From Eledone cirrhosa (taxonomy: Eukaryota): a stretch of 64,000 nt of DNA. Below, piece by piece: positions 1 to 13,913 of this stretch. The stretch covers positions 77,686,001 through 77,750,000 of the forward strand of contig OZ024744.1 of assembly GCA_964016885.1 (NCBI GenBank), written 5' to 3'. The notes beneath the pieces are model-generated. The model saw only the letters and a program-made list of their open reading frames with translations. It was not told where the DNA came from and did no database searches. The first letter of the stretch is position 1. Every line of letters begins with the position of its first letter. Both the position numbers and the translations under genes were made by a program.

Positions 1-258
1 TTCTCTTAATTTTTCTGATGAGCGTTTTTCTATTTCTAGGGATTCTGCTCTTAGATTTGTTTATAGTTCTTAATGGGGTGTGTTTAGCACATATGTTTGT
101 AACAGTGTCCACAAATGTCTGCCAGGACCCACAAATGTCTGCCAGGACTTTTTGATGTTAGTGGGTGTATGAGTGTGCGTGAAGGACCAGTCGACATGTG
201 CAAGATCATGACTGATCGCTTCCCAGTTTGCATTGTGGAAATCCATAGCGTCAAACGG
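1..258 (-). mobile_element. Decayed LINE ORF2 fragment (CR1/Jockey-like endonuclease-RT linker)
   Basis: Minus strand translates to DFHNANWEAISHDLAHVDW...KKSWQTFVDTVTNICAKHTPLRT...IPRNRKTLIRKIKR, typical of the LINE ORF2 linker. It is frameshifted by a 20-bp tandem duplication (ccacaaatgtctgccaggac, 109-148) and runs off the window edge. Confidence 0.6.
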
Positions 259-1117
259 ATGTATATGTATATAATGTATATATATATGTATATGTATATG
301 TATATATATATATGTATATGTATATGAATATATATATATGTATATATATATGTATATATATATTTGTGTATATGTGTATATTTATAATGTGTATATGTAT
401 ATTATGTGTATATATATTGTATATATATATGTATATATATATGTATATGTATATGTATGAATATGTATATGTATGTGTATGTATGTATATGTATATATAT
501 ATGTATATATATATGTATATATATATGTATATATATATATATATGTATATATATATGTATATATATATGTATATGTATATATATGTATATATATGTATAT
601 GTATATGTATATGTATATATATGTATATATATATGTATTTATATATGTATATATATGTATATATATGTATATATGTATATATGTATATGTATTTATATAT
701 GTATATATGTATATGTATTTATATATGTATATATATGTATATATGTATATGTATATATATATGTATATACATATGTATATGTATATACATATGTATATAT
801 GTATGTATATGTATATATGTATATATATGTATATATATATATATACATATGTATATATATATACATATATATACATATGTATATATATATATATATATAC
901 ATATATATACGTATGTATATATATATATATACATATATATACGTATGTGTATATATATATATATACATATATATACGTATGTATATATATGTATGTATAT
1001 ATATGTATATACATATATATACATATGAATATATATATATATATATATATACATATGTATATATATGTATATATATATATACATATGTATATATATGTAT
1101 ATATATATATACATATG

Positions 1118-1153
<36 letters not shown>

Positions 1154-1203
1154 TACATATACATATGTATATATATGTATATATATATATATATATATAT
1201 ACA

Positions 1204-1277
<74 letters not shown>

Positions 1278-1382
1278 TGTATATATATATATACATATAT
1301 ATACATATATGTATATATATATATACATATGTATATACATATGTATATATATATGTATATATATACATATGTATATATATTG

Positions 1383-1439
<57 letters not shown>

Positions 1440-1451
1440 ATATATATATAT

Positions 1452-1493
<42 letters not shown>

Positions 1494-1504
1494 GTATATG
1501 TATG

Positions 1505-1535
<31 letters not shown>

Positions 1536-1597
1536 GTATATGTATGTATGTATATATATATATATATATATACATGTATATGTATATATATATATAT

Positions 1598-1639
<42 letters not shown>

Positions 1640-1739
1640 GTATATATATATATGTATATATATATGTTATATATATATATGTATATATATATGTATATAT
1701 ATATATGTATATATATGTATATATATATATATATGTATA

Positions 1740-1786
<47 letters not shown>

Positions 1787-2258
1787 ATATACATATATAT
1801 ATATATACATATGTATATATATATATATATACATATGTATATATATATATATATACATATGTATATATATATATATATATACATATGTATATATATATAT
1901 ATATACATATGTATATTATATATATATTATATATACATATATGTATGTATATATATATATACATATATGTATATATATGTATATATATATATATACATAT
2001 ATGTATATATATGTATATATATATATATATACATATATGTATATATATGTATATATATATACATATATGTATATATATGTATATATATGTATATATATAT
2101 ACATATATGTATATATATGTATATATATATATATATATATACATATATGTATATATATATATACATATTGTATATATATATACATGTGTATATATATGTA
2201 TATATATGTATATATGTATATATATATATGTATATATATATATGTATATATATATATG

Positions 2259-2289
<31 letters not shown>

Positions 2290-2451
2290 GTATATATGTA
2301 TATATATATATGTATATATGTATATATATGTATATATGTATATATATGTATATATATATATGTATAGTATGTATATATATATATATGTATATATATGTAT
2401 ATATGTATATATGTATATATGTATATATATATATATGTATATATATATATG

Positions 2452-2482
<31 letters not shown>

Positions 2483-2730
2483 GTATATGTATATTATATA
2501 TGTATATATATATATGTATATATATATATATGTATATATATATGTATATATATATATGTATATATATATGTATATATATATATGTATATATATATATATG
2601 TATATATATATGTATATGTATATATGTATATATATATATATGTATATATGTATATATATATATGTATATATATATGTGTATATATATATGTATATATATA
2701 TGTATATATATATATGTATATATATATATG

Positions 2731-2779
<49 letters not shown>

Positions 2780-4079
2780 GTATATATATATATATACATA
2801 TGTATATATATTTTATATATATGTATATATATATGTATGTATATATATGTATATATATATATGTATGTATATATATGTATATATATATATGTATATATAT
2901 ATATGTATATATATATATGTATATATATATATGTATATATATATATGTTATATATATGTATATATATATATGTATATATATATATGTATACTATATATAT
3001 GTATATATAATGTATATATATATGTATTATATATATATGTATATATATATATGTATATATATATATGTATATATATATATGTATATATATATATGTATGT
3101 ATATATATGTATATATATATATGTATGTATATATATGTATATATATATATGTATGTATATATATGTATATATATATATGTATGTATATATATGTATATAT
3201 ATATATGTATGTATATGTATATGTATGTATATATATGTATACATATATATATATATGTATATATATGTATACATATAACATATATATGTATATATATGTG
3301 TATATATATGTATATATATATGTAATATATATGTGTATATATTATGTATATATATGTGTATAGTATATGTGTATATATATGTATATATATGTATATTATG
3401 TGTATATGTGTAATATATGTATATATATGTATACATATCTATATATATATGTATATATATATGTGTTATATGTATATATATATGTATATATTATATGCTA
3501 TACATATGTATATATATATATATGTATACATATGTATATATATGTATATATATATACATATGTATACATATGTATGTATATGTATATGTATATATATGTA
3601 TATATATATATGTATACATATGTATATATATGTATATGTATATATATGTATATATATGTATATATATGTATATATATGTATACATATGTATGTATATATA
3701 TATGTATACATATATGTATACATATGTATATATATGTATATGTATATATACATATGTATATATATGTATATATATATATATACACATATGTATGTATATA
3801 TATATATATATATATACACATATGTATATATACATATGTATATATATATATATATATACATATGTATATATATGTATATTTATATATACATATGTATATA
3901 TATGTATATATATATACATATATATACATATGTATATATATGTATATATATATATGTATATATATATGTATATATATATATATATGTGTATATATATGTA
4001 TATATATATATATACGTATGTTATATATGTATATATATATATACGTATGTATATATATGTATATATATATATACGTATG

Positions 4080-4144
<65 letters not shown>

Positions 4145-4158
4145 GTATATATATATAC

Positions 4159-4256
<98 letters not shown>

Positions 4257-4265
4257 GTATATATG

Positions 4266-4312
<47 letters not shown>

Positions 4313-4333
4313 GTATATATATATATACATATG

Positions 4334-4374
<41 letters not shown>

Positions 4375-4395
4375 GTATATATATATATACATATG

Positions 4396-4438
<43 letters not shown>

Positions 4439-4482
4439 GTATATATATATATACATATGTATATATATGTATATATATATAT
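259..4482. repeat. ~4.2-kb (TA)n/(TATG)/(TACA) low-complexity satellite
   Basis: Almost purely alternating purine/pyrimidine. All Y/I/M/C/V-rich ORFs here are artefacts. Confidence 0.98.
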
Positions 4483-4544
4483 GATATGTTGATTTATAAC
4501 TGCACTATCAACAAGTGTTTTTTAGTCTTCATATCATGTTCTCC

Positions 4545-4612
4545 TGTTTTATCTGATGAAAACACAAATATTGCATGATGATGATTGTTTTTGAAATGCG
4601 CATAATAAAATA
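4545..4612 (+). ncRNA. Minimal type-I hammerhead ribozyme-like motif (Penelope/retrozyme type), probably degenerate
   Basis: Helix I tgttttat(4545-52)/ataaaata(4605-12); core CTGATGA 4553-59; imperfect helix II aaaca/tgttt; GAAA 4593-96; palindromic helix III ATGCGCAT; cleavage triplet AUA 4602-04. Lies in a ~165-bp insert between (TA)n tracts. Confidence 0.6.
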
Positions 4613-4693
4613 CATTGAACTCCTTTAACCATCTTTTGATCTTATATTATATACATATGTATATATATATATGTATATTATATATATATATAC

Positions 4694-4741
<48 letters not shown>

Positions 4742-5135
4742 TTGATGTTTGTCATTATTCAATAAAATAGGTACCAGTTACGTCTCCGAACATCATGTAC
4801 AACTGTTTATTGTTCCAAGTCATTGTAGTTTTAGCCTCCGTCTTCCATGCTAGCATGAGTGAACCAAATTAATTATTCAACCGATTTCTCAAGGTACTTT
4901 TTCTGTATTTTGTGTCTTGATAGGTGGTATCCTTCTAGATATTTTTATCTTTTCAATTTCTTTTAATGATTTCTCCTCACTTGGCACAATGTTAATTGTT
5001 CTACTGATAATGGTTTTAGATTGGCAGAAAGCCACTAATTTCGAGAGGAGGGTAGTGGTGTGGTGTAACAATCGTTTTATTTATTTGTAATACTCCAATT
5101 AATGACTGGTAATTTACTGACATTAAAGTCCTTAA

Positions 5136-5370
5136 CCCTTTTGATACTAACGTGCCTGAGGCCGTCCATGCGAAATTGCTTATATTAAAATGGTAATATT
5201 TATATAAAAACCTTCCATCGTAATTTTAAGTAAGAGCCTTTTTCAAACACTAGCTTAATAAGGAGAAAGTTATTTATATTACAAAACCCCGTCCAAATGT
5301 TTAATTACTTTCAAAATTAACTGAACATACTAAGCAGTGTCTTTCGTTAGATATAGAGTAATTAAAGGTA
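5136..5370 (-). mobile_element. TTAA/piggyBac-like MITE family B (~230 bp), degenerate
   Basis: Begins ttaa-cccttttgatac. Homologous pieces at ~9600-9665, 13480-13900, 24430-24668, 28968-29198, 39836-40150, 54270-54465 and 62800-63015, several ending ggtatcaaaa(a/g)gg-ttaa. Confidence 0.65.
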
Positions 5371-5677
5371 ACAATTTGACTCTCGTAGAGGGACTCAATT
5401 AATTTAAATATAAGACAATGTTTCGTTTGTTGAAATAAGGTATTGGATCTATCAAACCTTGTTATATCACGTAATAGGAATATTTCTTCAGTGACAATAG
5501 TGTTGAACTAAGATATGTTTTGTATGAATACACAGCTAATATATCTGTATGTTTTGTATGTATACACAGCTAATATATCTGTTTTGTATGTATACAGCTG
5601 ATATATATGCGTGTGTATGTTTATTTATATATGATTATATATGTGTATATGTATGTTTACATATATACATGTGTATA

Positions 5678-5755
5678 CAGGGTGTCTCCCCCCTCCCCAA
5701 ATGCATACACATTAGAATGCTGCTGAATTGTGCATACATTTTTTGGGACACCCTA
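5678..5755. mobile_element. Tc1/mariner-type MITE
   Basis: TA-CAGGGTGTC ... GACACCCT(A)-TA terminal inverted repeats, with an internal inverted match (aaatgcatacac / gtgcatacattt). Confidence 0.6.
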
Positions 5756-6287
5756 TATATATATATATTATATACACACATGCACACATTCTACCGAAGT
5801 TAGTGAAATATAATCACCTGTTGTAGTTATTTATTCCAATGTCTGTCTTGATTCAACGTATATCAAATGTTTACTAGAAGGACAATAGGGTGTAATTTCA
5901 GGGAAATCCGACTGCTAGTTCTAACAGGCCTAGTGGCCCCATAGATAACATTCCCTTGCTGTTTGGTTCGTATAAGTAGTACCTGTTATATACGAGAGTT
6001 CATTCTATCAACAACCACCGTTTATTCTATTTAAGTATAAATCATTTCATCTTCTATTATTAGCCTCACCTTTTTACAATGTCACATTATTTAAGGAAGT
6101 GTTTTCCATTTATTAAATTCAGTAAGCTATTCTTTCAATTATTGATTTAGACCCGTGACTCCTCATCGATCCCAGGCTTGTACAAAAATAAATCCGTAAA
6201 CAATATAAAATAATAAAAAGAAATTAATTATATATGTCAGAAACTTGTATGAGAAAGATTTACTGTATTATTTTATATATTTTCAAA

Positions 6288-6770
6288 ATTGATGGAAGCC
6301 TCGGAGTAGGCAGACCCAGAAAAACCTGGGACGATTTGATAAATTCCGACCTTACACACTTGCACCTCTCCAAGACAATGTCAATGGATCGAGATCTTTG
6401 GCGCTACGCAGTAATACAGAAGACCCGCCTTGCCTATGTACAAAGCGAAACCTACAGTCAGTAGGCACCTCTTAATTAAATATACACCCCCATCCTACTA
6501 CCCCAACTCCCACTCCCATCTACACCACCCCTTTCTCTGTAAAGTTATGTTGGTACCACAACATCCAGTCCGAAATAAATGAGGTCCATGCTGTAATGTG
6601 GCCATGTAGGTAACACGGTAAAAACCTCCCAGTCCACACTGTAAACGTGGTTGGTGTTAGGAACGGCAGACAGTCCTATACGAGCAAGACAACCAATCTT
6701 GCCTCAAGTGGGACAATACCGTCTAAACCCATGTTAGCGTGGAAGATAGACGTTAAACGATGATGATGAT
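6288..6770 (+). mobile_element. RTE-clade LINE 3' end (5'-truncated)
   Basis: Encodes DGSLGVGRPRKTWDDLINSDL...MDRDLWR (RTE ORF C-terminus). The 3' UTR ends ccatgttagcgtggaa...gacgttaaac(gat)n. Confidence 0.85.
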
Positions 6771-8467
6771 GGTTTTCATTTCGACCCTGTTATAATTATA
6801 TATTATTTCAATTTCTACCCAAATTCAATCAGCTACTTTGGAGAGTCGTGATTTAGACTGATAACTAATATGCAAAATTATCAGTTAATCCTAAAAAGTT
6901 GTGCATCATAAGTGTATACACACAAATACCTACCTGTTCAAATTAATTATTGATTTCATATTTTTAAAGGTGTTCTTTGTTTTATTTGTTACAGAGAATT
7001 ATGAATCAGTTACATAGCAGCAATCTATCATCAGTCCCGTCCCAACCCCGTTTTTCTTATCTTTAATATTAGTTTCGATTTTGGTATTGTGTATACTGTG
7101 GAAATTTGAAATTCGTGTTATAAATTGCGAAAGTAGATCTTTAAAACCCTTTTTTTTATACACGCACACGCGCGCGCATACACACACAGTATTTGTGAAA
7201 AGTATTTAAGAAGGTAAATGTCTACTTTGTGAGAGATTTGAGCTGGGAAAAGGGGTTGTCGTTTGAATCTGCTGTTTCAAAATTTACTCAAATCAATCAC
7301 GCTTAGGGTAATAAGATGATTTCTTTTGACATGGACGAACAAAATCGAATTTTTACAAGCAGTAATTATATATTGGTCATGGAATACGATAGGTACTGGT
7401 ACTAATAAACTGCCTTGGTAGATCAGTCAGTTTCTCAATATCTGGCATGAATTGTGAATCTGGAAATCTGTTAATGTTAAACTTCAGAGTGAAGTGCCGC
7501 GACAGCAGCTGGGTAACCTCCCTTGGCAGTCAAGATGTAATATACAAATGCATTAACAATGGTCTAACAGAAATTTGTTAACTTCTGTTAGTTTTGTTTT
7601 TTATATGATAGTTGTTATATATATATATAATGATAGTGTTATTATAACAAATAGTGAAGGGAGATAATTGAATAACATCGAAAAATTTTTTTTTTTTTTT
7701 TGGTGACACTATGAAGGCGAAAACTCCATCTTAAGACCAGAAGTAGTGTTTTTCAAATACCCAATGATGTTCTGATTTATATGCGTGTATGTATGTGTTC
7801 CCTTCTACTACTGGTGCGAGTATTTAGGCTGCTGCCATGCTGGGATCACACTCTTTTTGTCCAACCGCTAGGTTACGGTATATAAGTAAACACACGTATA
7901 CATACGTGCTAGGCTCCAGCACAGTTTCCGTCTACTAAATCTTTACTTAATCTGATACTCTAGTAGAAAACATTTATCCAAAGTGTCAGGCACGGACTCC
8001 AGAAAGGCACGTTAGTAAACCTTAAAGGATCAGATTTATTCAAATGTGTATAATTAAATTCATTAAATAATTGTTTCCTGAGATTGATAAATAAATTGCT
8101 AAACATCTTTGCTGCATAGTAGCATTGTGAAAATATCCAAAGCAGTGGAGAGGGTTATGTTATGACCTGTAACATGATTTGGCAAAGGGGACTGTATACT
8201 GTGGAGTGGAAAATGCAGGCATAGTAATTTTCTAAGTGTGATCAGAGCATGAAGGGTCAAACTATGTTTATCAGTTTACCAATTTGTATGCTGAAATTAT
8301 TTTATTTGGAAGAATGGAGAGTACTTTGTAGTGCTAAATACCCAGGTGCCAGCTCTATAAATATATACGTGTATGTATATAATGAGAGTGGGGATAGACT
8401 TTATATGGAGCAGATGGGCAAGAGTAAACACTGAGAGCACTCATAAAATAGGTTTTTTTTTTTTTAC

Positions 8468-9220
8468 CTAGGAGACCTAATCTGCAGTAGCAGAGGATGT
8501 TTTGAAAGTTTAGTAACTAAAGTAAGAACAGGATGGAAGCAGTTTGAGAGGTGATACCTATGCTGATAACATGGGGCTTCTTTCTCAGAGTGAAAGGTAA
8601 ACTGTATGACACTTTCCAGTTCACTTGTGAACTATTATACTACATGGCAGTGAGATATGGGCCTTGACTGCACATTATCTGAGAAGGCTAGAAAGAAATG
8701 AAGCAAGTGTGCTCCAGTGGTTGCATAATGTTGGTGTGCATGAACAACAGCATAAATAAGCTGAGAAAAAAATAAAAATCAATATAAGAAGAATCAAATG
8801 TGGTGTGCAAGAGAAAAGACTGCACTGATATTGACATGTGATTCATATCCATGACGATAGTTGTATAAAGAAGTACAGGGTGGTCTGTGAGTGAGGCTAA
8901 TGGAAGAGGTAGACTGAGGAAGATATAGCATGAAGCGGTGAAGACTACTTCAGAAGATTGTACCTCAGAACAGATAACAAAGGACCATGATGGTTGGTAG
9001 ACTGCTGTACTGGAAAGGACCTACCTATTGGTATAAATGCAAGTAAGTAGGAAAGAAGAAAACACCCTGATCCCTTCAGAGAAGTGGCCCTGTTCAATAT
9101 GTAAAGGTGTAGACATATGCTCTATATGATGAACACAACTGCTATCTAGGTGACTTAGAGGAGGATGTTCTGAGAGCATAATAGCTAGAATAAGGATAGA
9201 ATGGAAGAAATTTAGAGATG
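8468..9220 (+). mobile_element. Degenerate RTE LINE RT C-terminal fragments
   Basis: Broken frames read GCFESLVTKVRTGWKQF, RVKGKLYD, LHGSEIWALT, LRRLERNEASVLQWL and GCSESIIARIRIEWKKFR. Confidence 0.7.
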
Positions 9221-9330
9221 CTATAAAATTACTTGAAAATAAGATGAAGACCGTTAAAGACAGAAAAAGAAGTTGCCATCAGTCGCTAGGAGGAATCAAA
9301 CCCCATATTTCAAAATTATTTCATTATTAA

Positions 9331-9537
9331 CCCTTTAGCATTTACATTACTCTATATTTACTATTATATTTTCATGGTAAAGGCTTGATCTCACATAGTA
9401 TCGAATCTATGAGATTTTGATATTGTTTATTTTGAGAACAATACCGTAACAGCAATATGGGCAGCTGGTTATAGCCGGTTGGACAGAATGAGGTGAGAGA
9501 ATTCTGACTGAATACAGCTAGTTTAAATGCTAATGGG
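9331..9537 (-). mobile_element. TTAA/piggyBac-like MITE family A (~200 bp)
   Basis: ttaa-CCCTTTAGCATTTA ... TAAATGCTAATGGG-ttaa. Confidence 0.85.
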
Positions 9538-10121
9538 TTAAGATGGTATTTGTAAGCTCATCAATATAGTACTTATAGAAAATTGGAAATTTTTAATTTC
9601 AAGTGGAGTATTTTGTACTGTAGAACCAGAAGAGCCAGTTTAGGGCATGTTGGTATCAAAAAGGTTAATATTTTACATATAAAATAACACTAACTATTCA
9701 TAATAATTTGTGCAATATTTCATAAGTACTTTAGGGGTGAAGGTAATAGTTTCAACGATTTACTGAAACTATTATGAATAAATTGATATCTTAAAGCAGA
9801 TGTTACATTGAATTCTTAAAGGACACTATTTTCTCCTGAATAAATGCTCCAACAAATTTGTACTAAGTGCTAAAATAAAAGAACTGTATAGCACATTAGC
9901 ATACATATCATTGAATAACATATGTTACAATGCATATATAATATTAAAAATATTTGAAAACAAAATTGCTTTTCATGACTTGTTACCCTAAACCTAAGTT
10001 AGAGAGTATATTGTATACTATTTTGTGATCAAGTTTGTAATGTATATTATAATAAGAGCATTGTCTGTCTGTCCATCTGTCATGTTCACTTTATATTGAG
10101 AGGGGTAGTGCCAAATGAGAG

Positions 10122-10154
<33 letters not shown>

Positions 10155-10204
10155 AAGAGGTAGATAGGCAGAAAGTTATGACGTCACCCTCATCTATATA
10201 TATA

Positions 10205-10835
10205 CTAGCAGTGATACCCGGCGTTGCACGGGATAAGGTATTTTAGAACGTGGGCTGCCAACAGACCTAATTGCGGAAAAACTGCATGTCTAGACAATAT
10301 GTAGAGAAAATAAACCGAATACTCCGATGGCTGGATAATCTTTTAAGATTTTCTTCGATGAAGTAGGAAAAATGCAGGGTTTCACCTAATGCGGGCCCTA
10401 GGGGATCAAGAAAATGAATTTTTTTTATGTGCATAATATGCCTTGAAATTTGGGGAAAATCGGCTAGATGTCACACCTCAAAAGAGCCTTAATAAGGCTG
10501 AAAAAAGGAAATTTTTCACCTAATGCGGGCCCTAGGACATAAAATAGTTCGATTTTCTTTGCTCATGGTATGAAGAAGAGACTGACTAATACATAGTTAC
10601 AATTTCAAGGAAATCGGTCTGGCGTAACGCCTCAAAAAACTCCTAAAAAGCTGAAAAAAGAGCGCAGTTTTTCACCTAATGTGGGCCCTAGGGGATCAAA
10701 AAGTTGAATTTTTTTTATATGCATAACACTCCCTGAAACATAAGTAATATACATGTAAAGTTTGAAAAAATCGGTTGGGTACTTCTCGAGTTTTAGGGAT
10801 TCAAACACATACACACACAGACATCCTCAGTTTTA

Positions 10836-10890
<55 letters not shown>

Positions 10891-10895
10891 AAAGA
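10205..10895 (-). mobile_element. Non-autonomous Helitron (family 1)
   Basis: On the minus strand: 5' A|TC(tttctttatata...), 3' hairpin cccgtgcaacgccggg ~8 nt before the terminal CTAG|T. Three internal repeats ttcacctaatg(c/t)gggccctagg. Confidence 0.7.
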
Positions 10896-11439
10896 TAGAG
10901 GGGAGGAGCTCCAAGCAAGAGATATATACATAGAGAAAAGGGAACGCCATATGTTTTTGAGGTGACAGTTACGTCACCCTCATCTAATGCTATATAAAAA
11001 TGTTGTTATACATGTACAATGTGTGTATGGTGTAAACAAATGTGTTTATATGTATATGTCGTTTTAACATGACTTTATGATTAGTTGTCCTACCTGATAC
11101 CTTCCTATTTAGTCACCTTTAGAACACTATTCTAAAATCTGGTATATGTGTGTATATATATATATGGTGCAGCTGGCCATAGATGATCCTATGTTCCAGG
11201 TATGCCTTTAAACTGGTCGTATCCGGCCAGAATCCTCTCACCTCTTTCTGTTCAAACCGACAGTAACTGGCCTCTCATACTGATTTTAAGGTATTGTCCT
11301 CAAAATAAATATCAAAAATCATAGATTTGATATTATGTGAGATAATTATGTATGGTAAAGCCTTTACTGCGAAACTATAATAGTATATATAGGGTAATGT
11401 AAAGGGTTAAACTTTTGTTGTTGTTGTTTTTTGCCATCC

Positions 11440-11710
11440 AGCCAGGTATTGAGCATAGTTTGGTAGGTTGAATTCACAATTGTGAGGCTGTGAGTTCAAT
11501 TCACAGACTGGGCAATGCATTGTGTCCTTGAGTAAGACACTATATTTCACTTTGCTCCAGTTCACTCAGCTGTAGAAATGAGTTGGGACATTAATGGTGC
11601 CTTTGACATCAGTGGCATGGGGAGAGAGCCAGGTATGCCTGGGTGCCTGCTCCAGAGTGGAACTTTCTAGGTGCAAACCCATAGTTATTCATGACCAAAG
11701 GAGACCTTTT
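11440..11710 (+). mobile_element. tRNA-derived CORE-type SINE
   Basis: B-box-like gagttcaattc, then CORE-like tgtgtccttgagtaagacactatatttcactttgctccagttcactcagctg. Relatives at 12745-13060, 19357-19625 and 53255-53350. Confidence 0.7.
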
Positions 11711-11812
11711 ATATACTGAATATCTTTGTTTTTTGTAATCTTTGCAGTCTTTGGGCAAAAATTGAAGATTGCAATGGCATGAAGTTCATGTTATTAGACA
11801 GACTTGGTTTAA

Positions 11813-12031
11813 CCCTTTAACATTTAAACCAGCCATATCAGGCCAGAATCCTCTCACCTCTTGCTGTTCTAACCAGCTGTAACTGGTCGCTGATACTGAT
11901 GTTAAGGTATTGTTCTCAAAATAACTAATATCAAAATCTCAAAATCGATATTATGTTTGATAATTATGTAAGATAAAGCCTTTACCTTGAAAATATAATA
12001 GTATCTAGAGAGTAATGTAAATGCTTAAGGG
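11813..12031 (+). mobile_element. MITE family A copy
   Basis: ttaa-ccctttaacattta ... taaatgcttaaggg-ttaa; a 5'-truncated copy lies at ~11205-11406. Confidence 0.85.
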
Positions 12032-12352
12032 TTAAAGATATAGTACACTCTGAAACAAGGATTTCAAACTCTGTGGTTACTCCCGGTTGAACATTTATAT
12101 ATATACACACACACACACACAAGTGTGTGTGTGTTGTGCATCATCAAATATGTATTTTCACATGTTTGTTGCGATATTTCTGATTTGTTGAGCACTTCAA
12201 TATTTATCATCTATACAATAATGTTGCAGATCTATACGTCCTTATCTATATATGAGCATTTTGTCCTAATACGCTTCAGGCTAGATGAGCTAAATATATA
12301 CTCTATTCAGTCCATATATGTGTGTGCGTGTATACATTATTTTACTGATTTT

Positions 12353-12665
12353 ATTGGACTGTGGCCATGCTGGGGCACTGCTTTGAAAGGTTGTTAAAAT
12401 ATCAACCTCAGTAATTATTTTTTTTCTTTTAGTTTAGCATTTATTATATTGATCTCTTTTTTGGAGTGCTAAATTACAGAACATAAACAACAATATGTAA
12501 GTGTAAGCAAACAAACTCACATGTATGCATGTTTGTGACAGGCTTCTTCACTGTGCCTGTCTACGAAATTTCATTCAAAGGTTTTGACCAGCCCGAGGCT
12601 AGAGAAGACCAAGGTGTTACTCAGTGGAAGTGAACCTAAAACAACATGGTTCTGAAATGAACTTC
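12353..12665 (-). mobile_element. Old tRNA-derived SINE (ggccatgctggggcac family)
   Basis: Shares the ggccatgctggggcac and/or cagtttccgtctac...ccaaggtg...cagtgg motifs with 7825-7995, 51160-51222 and 55990-56135. Confidence 0.55.
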
Positions 12666-13612
12666 CTATCTACATATATACATATTCATATATATGCACA
12701 CATACATATTCATATATATACACACACACACGTGTGTGTATGTGAAGGCACTTACATGTGAAGTTAATTACATTTGCAATCATGAGGTTGAGTTCAATTC
12801 ATGGACTGGATGATACATTGTGTCCTTGAACAAGACTCTTTATTTCATGTTGCTACAGTTCACTCAACTATAGAAAAGAGTTGCGATATAACTGGTGCCA
12901 AACCATATCAGCATTTATTTTTGCCTTGGACAGTATCATGGAAAGGGAAGATTGATATGCATGGCCGACTGCTGGTCTTCAAAAAAACTCCTTGCCCAGG
13001 CTTGTGCCCCAGAAGGGAAACTTTCTAGGTGCAAAACCTATGGTCATTTGTGATTGAAGGGCTGTTTTTTTGTGTGGGCATGTGCGTGTACACACACACA
13101 CATGCCCACACACTGTTTACTGTTGTACCTCTGAGAGAATTTAAGGCATTTGTAGAATAGATTTTGGGTGTGGTGGGCGGGATTGGAAATTATTGGTCAC
13201 TGTAATGCATGTTAGTGGAGAGGGTTGCTGCATATTTTAATGAATTCAATTTTGCTTTTTATGCTGTTTCCTATCAGCACCCCCACAACCACCCACCTAC
13301 CCACTCACCTACCCACTCCCACACACTCACTATTGATGGATTATTGTAGAAATCCTTCACAAATATTTATGAATTATATCCAAGATTAAAGATATGTGTA
13401 TGTAATAAATGTGCTGTCTTCAGAAATGGTGTATTTACTTGTACAAGATGGTTTTATAATTCGGATTAGGAAATTTTTTACTTTTGTTACCTTATTTCTA
13501 ATGAAAGACATTGCTTATAAATTTCAAATAATTTTGAAAATAATCAAATAAATTTTGAGGAGATTAGTTATATAACTTTCATTATAAGGCTGGTGTTTGC
13601 AGTATAATTTAA

Positions 13613-13816
13613 CCCTTTAACATTTACATTATTCCATATATTCTATTGTATTTATGTGGTAAAGGCTTTATCTTACATAATAGCAAATCTGTGAGATTTT
13701 GATGTTATTTTGAGAACAATATCTTAACATCAGTATGAGTGGCCAGTTACAGCCGGTTTGAACAGAAAAAGGTGAGAGAATTCTGGCCAGATACATCCAG
13801 TTTAAATGCTAAAGGG
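13613..13816 (-). mobile_element. MITE family A inserted at a TTAA inside a family B copy
   Basis: TIRs ccctttaacattta / taaatgctaaaggg. Family B sequence flanks both sides (13480-13612, 13828-13900). Confidence 0.8.
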
Positions 13817-13913
13817 TAAAAAAAAAAGGCTCTTACTTAAAATTATAATGGAAGATTTTTAAATAAATATAAATGAACAGTTTTCTAATGTAAAACCATG
13901 TAATTTTGCTTAA

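Larger units (their letters stand above)
9327..12610 (+). repeat. Segmental duplication, copy 1 (~3.3 kb)
   Basis: Near-identical to 17263-20318 apart from a few SNPs/indels, (TA)n length, and one non-matching patch (12072-12352 vs 19987-20059). Confidence 0.97.

Noticed and set aside
312-4578. Long ORFs (up to 845 aa) of Y/I/M/C/V/H/T; similar ORFs at 48055-49642
   Set aside because: Translations of TA/TG dinucleotide satellite; open in all frames simply because stops are rare.
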